Made by a program: the position numbers and the translations under genes
In this document: positions 58,163-64,000 of the stretch, piece by piece
Layout of the letters: every line of letters starts with the position of its first letter
Position numbering within the stretch: the first letter of the stretch is position 1
The notes under the pieces: model-generated
Told to the model about the DNA's origin: nothing
What the model saw: the letters and a program-made list of their open reading frames with translations, nothing else
Database searches by the model: none
Source: an uncultured Aminicenantes bacterium
GTDB lineage: Bacteria; Acidobacteriota; Aminicenantia; UBA2199
Reading direction: 5' to 3'
Assembly: GCA_965195285.1 (NCBI GenBank)
Contig: CBDAFS010000012.1
Coordinates: 70,421-134,420 of the forward strand
Length of the DNA stretch: 64,000 bases

Positions 58163-59266
58163 ATGGCAAAAAAAATACTGCTTGTAGATGATGAGATATT
58201 TTTTCTGGAAGGGCTGAAAGAGGGACTTTCCGAGTACCGGGATGTTTTCAGTACCGATATCTGCTTTTCGGTTGATGAAGCCATTAAACTGAGCAACAAA
58301 AATGATTATGACCTGATCATATCCGATATTAGAATGCCCAAAAAGAACGGATTGGATCTGTTTGTTCATTTGAAAAAGCAAAAATATAATGGTGGCTTTA
58401 TTGTTATGACCGCTTACGGTACCGAAGAAATTTTAAATGAAATAAAAAAATTGGGCGGACTGGATATCATTTTAAAACCGTTCAATTTTGACTGGTTTAA
58501 GAAAAAAATCATGGATTTTTTTATTGAGGAAGAAGGTATGTCGGGTACTGTAGATTCCATTGATCTCACCTCTTTTTTACAGATGATCAATCTGGAAAAG
58601 AAATCACTGGCGGTTAAAATCGTAATCAATAAAAAGACCGGGCATATCAATTTTTACCGGGGCGAAATCATTCATGCCGAATGGGATGGCTTCTCCGGGG
58701 TGAAAGCTATTCATGAAATGCTTAAAACCAAAAAAGGACGTTTTTCAGTTGAAAAATTCAAGAAAAATGTAGATAAAACCATCAACATTCCCTTCATGGC
58801 GCTGTTGATGGATTCCATGAAGGAAGCCGATGAAGAGGATCAGGTTGTCAATTTGGAACTTGATGAAATACAAAAAAATAAAAAGGAGGGTAACATGAAT
58901 GTAAAAAAACTCAATCAAGCCATCGAAATCCAGAAAGAGAATATTGGAGACGGCCTGATGGCCACTGATATTTACGGTGCTGACGATGGACAGACGTTGG
59001 TAGGATGGAATTCCAACCCCCAGGCCAGCGCTCTGTTCAACCGGATCACCAAGTACATGATTGAGGCCCTGGATGGTGCCGGGTTTCCCCGGTTGAATCG
59101 GTATTATATCCTGGATCTGGCCGATGATAAAATGGTTATCGTGATCATCCTGGGAGATTATGAATGGGGGATGCTGATTGACCGGACCAAAATCCAGTTG
59201 GGTCTGCTCCTGAATGTAGCTTTACCCAAGATGATGGCTGCATTTGAGGATGCCATGACGTCCTGA
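58163..59266 (+). CDS. response-regulator receiver protein with DUF4388-like middle domain and C-terminal roadblock/LC7-like domain
   Basis: REC N-terminus MAKKILLVDDE...DLIISD; DUF4388-like region (DLTSFLQMINLEKKSLAVKI...GEIIHAEWDG); strong internal SD AAGGAGGG (58883-58890) 4 nt before in-frame ATG 58895. Confidence 0.55.
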   Translation: MAKKILLVDDEIFFLEGLKEGLSEYRDVFSTDICFSVDEAIKLSNKNDYDLIISDIRMPKKNGLDLFVHLKKQKYNGGFIVMTAYGTEEILNEIKKLGGLDIILKPFNFDWFKKKIMDFFIEEEGMSGTVDSIDLTSFLQMINLEKKSLAVKIVINKKTGHINFYRGEIIHAEWDGFSGVKAIHEMLKTKKGRFSVEKFKKNVDKTINIPFMALLMDSMKEADEEDQVVNLELDEIQKNKKEGNMNVKKLNQAIEIQKENIGDGLMATDIYGADDGQTLVGWNSNPQASALFNRITKYMIEALDGAGFPRLNRYYILDLADDKMVIVIILGDYEWGMLIDRTKIQLGLLLNVALPKMMAAFEDAMTS

Positions 59267-59315
59267 TCGGGTTGGGTCCCGGTGGTTGGTGGTACTTCCG
59301 GGAATGCTTTTCAAG

Positions 59316-60053
59316 TCAATGGAAGTCAGGAAGGTATTGTTTGGATTTGAATGAACATTCTCCGTGGTGTTCCAGTTTTTGCAGGAATATCTGGTTCAGG
59401 TTCCGGATGTGGTTGGCTACGATCCCGGGAGATTTTTGGTCGGGTGGATGGTGTTGGGTCCACTTGATGGCCTGGAGTTCATTTTCACTGAAGTGATTTT
59501 TTTCATCAGTTTTACACTTCCGGCACAGTATCCCCTTGAAATCGGCTTTGTGCCAGGCCTCTTTTAAATCAGTGGAAAAACAGCTGTAGCAAATATCGGG
59601 ATTGAACATCATTCCCTCGATTCTCAGTATCCAGATCTGAAAATAGAGAAAAAGCCAGTCGATATCGGTATTTTTGTCCCGGGCTGCCAGGACGGATCGC
59701 ATCAACCGAAAAATTCGTTTATCTTTCTGATTGTAGGGGATGACCTTTAAAATCATTTCAGCCATCAAATAGAAATGAAATATATTCTCGGGTTTCGAAA
59801 TCAGGTTGAAGAAACTGGTCAGGATATCACCCTTGGAAATGGTTACCATTTCTTTTTCCTCATTCCAGTAATATATGAAATTTCCCTCGGTGAACAATTC
59901 CAGTAATGATCCGAAACGGTTATTGGATTTCAGGGCGCCGGGGGCAACCGCTTTAAGTATTCCCCGGTCAATGGTCAGTAACTGGGTTAATTTGTCATGT
60001 TCATTGATGGGAAAACTGCCCAGAACCAGGGCCTGGGTTGAAGCCAAAGGCAT
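59316..60053 (-). CDS. recO: DNA repair protein RecO
   Basis: N-terminal OB-fold pattern (ALVLGSFPINEHDKLTQLLTIDRGILKAVA), C-terminal CxxC...CxxC zinc motif (CYSC...CRKC); start set to MPLAST Met to avoid overlap with mgtE. Confidence 0.65.
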   Translation of the reverse strand: MPLASTQALVLGSFPINEHDKLTQLLTIDRGILKAVAPGALKSNNRFGSLLELFTEGNFIYYWNEEKEMVTISKGDILTSFFNLISKPENIFHFYLMAEMILKVIPYNQKDKRIFRLMRSVLAARDKNTDIDWLFLYFQIWILRIEGMMFNPDICYSCFSTDLKEAWHKADFKGILCRKCKTDEKNHFSENELQAIKWTQHHPPDQKSPGIVANHIRNLNQIFLQKLEHHGECSFKSKQYLPDFH

Positions 60054-60061
60054 GGTGAGGG

Positions 60062-61438
60062 TTATATCAGAACCAGGGTGGCCAGACCCAGAAAACAAAA
60101 GAGTCCGAAGACATCAGTCAGCATGGTCACAATCATTCCGGAAGCCAGGGCCGGATCCAGTTTAAACCGCCTCAGTATCAGGGGGATCAGGGTGCCCGAC
60201 AGGGCTGCGTTGAAAAAATTAAAGGCAATGGCACCCCCGAACACGACGCCCACCAGCCAGTTTTTGAAAATGAGTGCTGAGAAGAGAGAAGATATGGCTC
60301 CGATAACAATCCCCGTGCCCAAACCCACTACCATTTCTTTGAACAGGATTTTACGGGAATGTTCCCAATCCATGCGTTCCATAACGATTTCACGAACCAT
60401 GATAGCCACGGTTTGATTGCCCAGAACCCCACCGATTGCCGGCACAATATGCATGAGAATGGCCAGGGTGACGAATTGTTCGATGGTTCCCTTGAAGAGG
60501 GCCACCACTATCCCTGAAAGCGAGGTGGTAATCAGGCTCATCAGCAACCAGGGGATTCTCTTTTTTAAACGCTGAAATATACCCAGGTCAATGTTGTAAT
60601 CCTGGGCCATTCCGGCCAGTTTATAGATGTCCTCGGTGGCTTCATCTTGAATAATATCGATGATGTCATCCACCGTGACCACGCCCACCAGCTTGTCCTG
60701 TTCGTCCACAACCGGAATGGCAATGAGGTTGTAATTGGCTACCACGGATGCCACCTCTTCCTGATCAGTATAGACATCCACTTTATAGACTTCCGGGTTC
60801 ATGATTTCCTTGAGTTGCAGCCTGGGGTTGACCAGAATGACCTGTTTCAGGGAGACGACACCCTTCAATATCTGTTCCTCATCGGTAACGTAAAGGTAGA
60901 AAGGAACTTCAACATCTTCTCCAGCCAGTTGAATGGCTGAAATGGCATCCCCGGCTGTGGTAGAAGAGTCCAAAGCCAGGAAATCCGAAGACATGATTCT
61001 GCCGGCGGATTCCTCGGGATAGGCCAATTGTTCCTGGATGTCGGCAGATTCTTCCTTTTTCATTTTCTTGAGGATTTCCAGCTGGAGATCCTCATCAAAA
61101 AAGGAAATGAGGGAGGCTGCATCATCCGAAGACAGTTCTTCCAGTATCGAGGTGGTCTGGTCCGTATCCAGGTTGGACAGAATCTCAACCGCAATTTCAG
61201 GTTTGATCTCACTGATGATTTCGGCCATCTGGCCCATTTCCATTTTCCGGTCAAAGAACAATTTGAGAATAATTTGTCTTTCTTGGGGACTCAAATGTTC
61301 AACCAGGGTGGCCACATCGGCATAGTGGGTTTTTTTCAGGGCATTCCAGAGGTGTCCCAGGGTTCTGAGTTTAATGAATTGCTTGGTATACCTCAGAAGT
61401 CTTTCCAGTGCGGGCTGTTTCATATTTAATCTTACCAT
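60062..61438 (-). CDS. mgtE: magnesium transporter MgtE
   Basis: MgtE N-domain, tandem CBS domains, 5 C-terminal TM with conserved acidic pore residues. Confidence 0.85.
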   Translation of the reverse strand: MVRLNMKQPALERLLRYTKQFIKLRTLGHLWNALKKTHYADVATLVEHLSPQERQIILKLFFDRKMEMGQMAEIISEIKPEIAVEILSNLDTDQTTSILEELSSDDAASLISFFDEDLQLEILKKMKKEESADIQEQLAYPEESAGRIMSSDFLALDSSTTAGDAISAIQLAGEDVEVPFYLYVTDEEQILKGVVSLKQVILVNPRLQLKEIMNPEVYKVDVYTDQEEVASVVANYNLIAIPVVDEQDKLVGVVTVDDIIDIIQDEATEDIYKLAGMAQDYNIDLGIFQRLKKRIPWLLMSLITTSLSGIVVALFKGTIEQFVTLAILMHIVPAIGGVLGNQTVAIMVREIVMERMDWEHSRKILFKEMVVGLGTGIVIGAISSLFSALIFKNWLVGVVFGGAIAFNFFNAALSGTLIPLILRRFKLDPALASGMIVTMLTDVFGLFCFLGLATLVLI

Positions 61439-61534
61439 AGATTTGATAAAACTTCAAATATTTATTTCCGGTTATACCTGGTTTTCAGCAATTCGAATTG
61501 ATTTTGTAAGGTCTTGGTGGTATGGTAACTCCGA

Positions 61535-63304
61535 ATGCCCATGAACTGGATTAAATTGGTGATCAAAGGCCAGGAAGTGAATGTGGGGTTTGATGAAAAC
61601 AGTATCCACATTTACGATGCTTTTCCCATCAAGGATGATCTGAAAATGAGGGGGTATCGCTGGAATCCGGGCGACAAGAGCTGGTTTGTTGCACCGGATG
61701 ACCTGGCCGGGGAACTGGAGGTGCTCAAAAACAATCTGACCCCGATCCTTGCCCGGAGTATTCCTGACCGGACAACGGATTTATCCCCTTTTCCCCATTC
61801 AGTTTCGGTCATTGAACTCCGTAGCCGGATTGATCGCTTGATCAAAGAGGGAATACGGGGAAATATCTGGATCCGGGGGGTCATTGCCTCTGAAGTGAAA
61901 AACTATAAATGGGTTTCCTATTTTGATCTGAAAGATGAACAGGAAAACAGTGACGTTTTCTTTCGGATGGAAATCAAGAGCGGTCAGCTTGAACGGGTAA
62001 ACTCAAAACTGAAGGAGATGAGAGTTGCCGAGGGTCTGGAAAAGGATTTACCGGTTTTTTGTCAGGTGGAAGTCCATGTATCCCTGAGAAATGTGGTGGA
62101 TATCCGGTTAACGGTCCGGGATATATTTCCGGAATATACCCAGGCAAAACTGCGCAGTCAGCGAGACGTCACACTGGAAAAATTGAAATCCGAGGGAATT
62201 CTGAACAATCAGAAAGCGCTGGAACTTCCCTTACTGGTCTCCCGAATCGGTCTGATCACTTCCGAGCAGGGGACCTCCATAAAAGATATCATGGCCGGAT
62301 TGGAACCATTTCAGAACCGTTATTTATTCTTTTTTTTGGACACCCGGATGGAAGGTGTCCAAGCAGTTGACAGCATTCTTTATTCGATTGAGCTTTTGGA
62401 CAAATGGAGAGATGGTTTTCTGGATGCCATTATCATTGCCCGGGGGGGAGGGAGTGAGCAGTCCCTGGCTGTTTTTAACGATTACCGGATCTGCCAGCGG
62501 ATCTGCCAGGCTTCCATTCCGGTTTTAACCGCCATCGGGCATGAAAAGGATCTGTCTGCGGCCGAAGTCTGTTCCTTTTATACCCCTACACCCTCCACTC
62601 CTTCCGGTATAGGCAAGTATCTGCAGGACCGGTTTGCGGGCCTTCAATCACAGTTATCCGATAAAATCAGTCAATTAATTCAATTTTTCCAACTTATCAA
62701 TAACCGGGAAACCGAAAAGCTGACTGCCGCTGTCCAGCAGATACCATCCCGGATTTATCAGTTAATCAAATTTCAAAATGAAAGATATTTTTCTCTGGTC
62801 CGCCAATTTGAACAATCAGCATCCTTCAAGGTCAGGGATCAGGAGAGAGAGATTAATAACCTATTGACCTTAGTTTTGAATAAAAAAAAAATCATTCATG
62901 ATGATTCCCGGAAGAACATCAGGCAAATTACAGACTTTATAATAATGAGAATGATGAGCAGAAACCAGCAGGAAACAAAACAGGCCAGAAAAATCATGGA
63001 TAAACTGGATTTTGAAAAACGGTTGAATGAAAATCGGAATAGTATTGATGAGGTTTTAAACAGAACGAGAAATATTTTTGCAACAGGCAAAAAATTGATG
63101 GATCTAAGTGGAGATCATCTGAATGCCCGTCAGGAACTGGTTCTGGCAAGTGATCCCGGCAGAATATTAAATAAAGGATTCACCCTGACTTTAGATGATA
63201 AAAACCGGATAATTTCATCTTTGAAAAAGTTTGAAAAGGTCAGGAGCGCCCGGTTAAAATTTAAGGATGGAATTTCTAAGATAATAAGGAAGGAGGAAAA
63301 ATGA
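61535..63304 (+). CDS. xseA: exodeoxyribonuclease VII large subunit with ~90 aa N-terminal extension
   Basis: OB-fold then catalytic core IIARGGGSEQSLAVFNDY...AIGHEKDLSAAE; long C-terminal coiled coil; N-terminal extra domain with RGYRWNPGDKSWFV motif. Confidence 0.8.
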   Translation: MPMNWIKLVIKGQEVNVGFDENSIHIYDAFPIKDDLKMRGYRWNPGDKSWFVAPDDLAGELEVLKNNLTPILARSIPDRTTDLSPFPHSVSVIELRSRIDRLIKEGIRGNIWIRGVIASEVKNYKWVSYFDLKDEQENSDVFFRMEIKSGQLERVNSKLKEMRVAEGLEKDLPVFCQVEVHVSLRNVVDIRLTVRDIFPEYTQAKLRSQRDVTLEKLKSEGILNNQKALELPLLVSRIGLITSEQGTSIKDIMAGLEPFQNRYLFFFLDTRMEGVQAVDSILYSIELLDKWRDGFLDAIIIARGGGSEQSLAVFNDYRICQRICQASIPVLTAIGHEKDLSAAEVCSFYTPTPSTPSGIGKYLQDRFAGLQSQLSDKISQLIQFFQLINNRETEKLTAAVQQIPSRIYQLIKFQNERYFSLVRQFEQSASFKVRDQEREINNLLTLVLNKKKIIHDDSRKNIRQITDFIIMRMMSRNQQETKQARKIMDKLDFEKRLNENRNSIDEVLNRTRNIFATGKKLMDLSGDHLNARQELVLASDPGRILNKGFTLTLDDKNRIISSLKKFEKVRSARLKFKDGISKIIRKEEK

Positions 63305-63546
63305 CTGATAAATCCAGGACATATGAAGAGAGTTTTGGCGTTTTGGAACGGATTACGGAATCTTTGAACAAGGATGAAATCGGCATTGATGATCTGGTGG
63401 TCAAAACCCGAGAAGCCCTGGAAGCTGCCCGGACCTGCATGGATATATTGAAAAGACAGCGGGGGGAATTCAAGAAATTAGAGAAGGAATTTTCCCAGCT
63501 GTTAGATAAAACAGAACCGGAATCACCGAAAAGTGAGGATAGCTGA
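63301..63546 (+). CDS. xseB: exodeoxyribonuclease VII small subunit
   Basis: 81 aa, YEESFGVLERITESL...LEAARTC typical XseB; 4-bp overlap with xseA. Confidence 0.75.
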   Translation: MTDKSRTYEESFGVLERITESLNKDEIGIDDLVVKTREALEAARTCMDILKRQRGEFKKLEKEFSQLLDKTEPESPKSEDS

Positions 63547-63625
63547 TCCAACTCAGGGGTATTGCGATTTTTTTTGAAAATTGATATTTTATACTTTGAG
63601 TATAACTTAAGGAAATAAAAATCAG

Positions 63626-64000
63626 ATGAAGTGTCCAAGCTGTGGATTCAATAATGCCAATGGCTGCAGTTTTTGCAGTCAATGCGGCTCGCCCATGGCC
63701 AGACGCGGCAAGCCCAGGACCGAGAAAATTCCCCGGACCTTTTTCGATGATTCCGAATTTTCTCTTTCTCCGGGCGATCGTTTTGGCAATCGGTATCAGA
63801 TACTGGAAGAGATTGACCGGGGAGGCATGGGCCGGGTATATAAAGCCGAAGACCGGGAGTTGAAGATCGTGGTGGCCTTGAAAATCATTCATCCCCATTA
63901 CCTAAACGACAAGCATGCAGTCGAACGATTCAAGAAGGAGATCCTGCTGGCCCGGGAAATTTCGCATGAAAATGTCATTCGGATCCATGACTTTGGCGAG
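63626..64000 (+). CDS. Ser/Thr protein kinase with N-terminal zinc-ribbon, 5' fragment (continues past window end)
   Basis: MKCPSCGF...CSQCG zinc ribbon, then kinase subdomains I-III (GGMGRVYKA, VALK, E in helix C); open to window end. Confidence 0.7.
   Translation, partial: MKCPSCGFNNANGCSFCSQCGSPMARRGKPRTEKIPRTFFDDSEFSLSPGDRFGNRYQILEEIDRGGMGRVYKAEDRELKIVVALKIIHPHYLNDKHAVERFKKEILLAREISHENVIRIHDFGE

Noticed and set aside
1-64000. CRISPR arrays, rRNA, tRNA genes, integrases/transposases
   Set aside because: No regularly spaced direct repeats, no rRNA-like or cloverleaf-forming stretches in the intergenic regions, and no recombinase-like ORF found; the AT-rich island therefore lacks classical mobility genes.

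Overview
The window is a 64 kb chromosomal segment from a moderately low-GC anaerobe, probably a member of an FCB-group or candidate phylum. The phylum guess rests on SAQ-type signal peptides, Bat aerotolerance genes, 2-oxoacid:ferredoxin oxidoreductase, formate-THF ligase and an Mrp-type antiporter, and is inference only. Gene density is high, with about 55 protein-coding genes and no rRNA, tRNA or CRISPR detected.

Core content, in order:
- korD-korA-korB' (2-oxoacid:ferredoxin oxidoreductase).
- An MscS-family channel.
- A Tat-exported aldo/keto reductase fused to a di-[4Fe-4S] domain.
- PBP1A.
- A BatA/BatD-like/DUF58 cluster.
- A zinc-ribbon-MshEN protein.
- An MrfA/YprA-type DUF1998 helicase.
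- clpB.
- A minimal MshEN-like protein overlapping a 3-TM protein.
- An FHA-sigma54 activator followed by rlpA.
- An 11-gene Mrp/Mbh-like cation/proton antiporter module (mrpE,F,G,B-like x3,C,D,D,x,A).
- fhs.
- The rsmA-mtaB-purE-purD operon.
- MoxR-DUF58-TgpA.
- A DMT transporter with an aromatic-amino-acid decarboxylase.
- A TPR/peptidase-MA protein.
- yigZ.
- An NtrC-type two-component system divergent from a REC-DUF4388 protein.
- recO.
- mgtE.
- xseA-xseB.
- The 5' end of a zinc-ribbon Ser/Thr kinase.

The most unusual part is a ~14 kb AT-rich island at about 29.5-43.3 kb. It contains, in order:
- Two tandem paralogous large secreted, membrane-anchored proteins of unknown function. They are bracketed by a perfect 13-bp inverted repeat.
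- A Ser/Thr kinase-TM-FGE-alpha/beta-hydrolase tri-domain protein.
- A TetR-controlled MMPL/RND-LolA-like-outer-membrane-barrel export operon.
- A short repeat family (GGGGTCAGATCTT / AAAGACYTGACCC) recurring at the island's intergenic sites.

A second notable theme is two stand-alone MshEN-type predicted c-di-GMP receptor domains. Each has both 24-residue motifs with the canonical 5-residue spacer, and one is apparently coupled to a small membrane protein.
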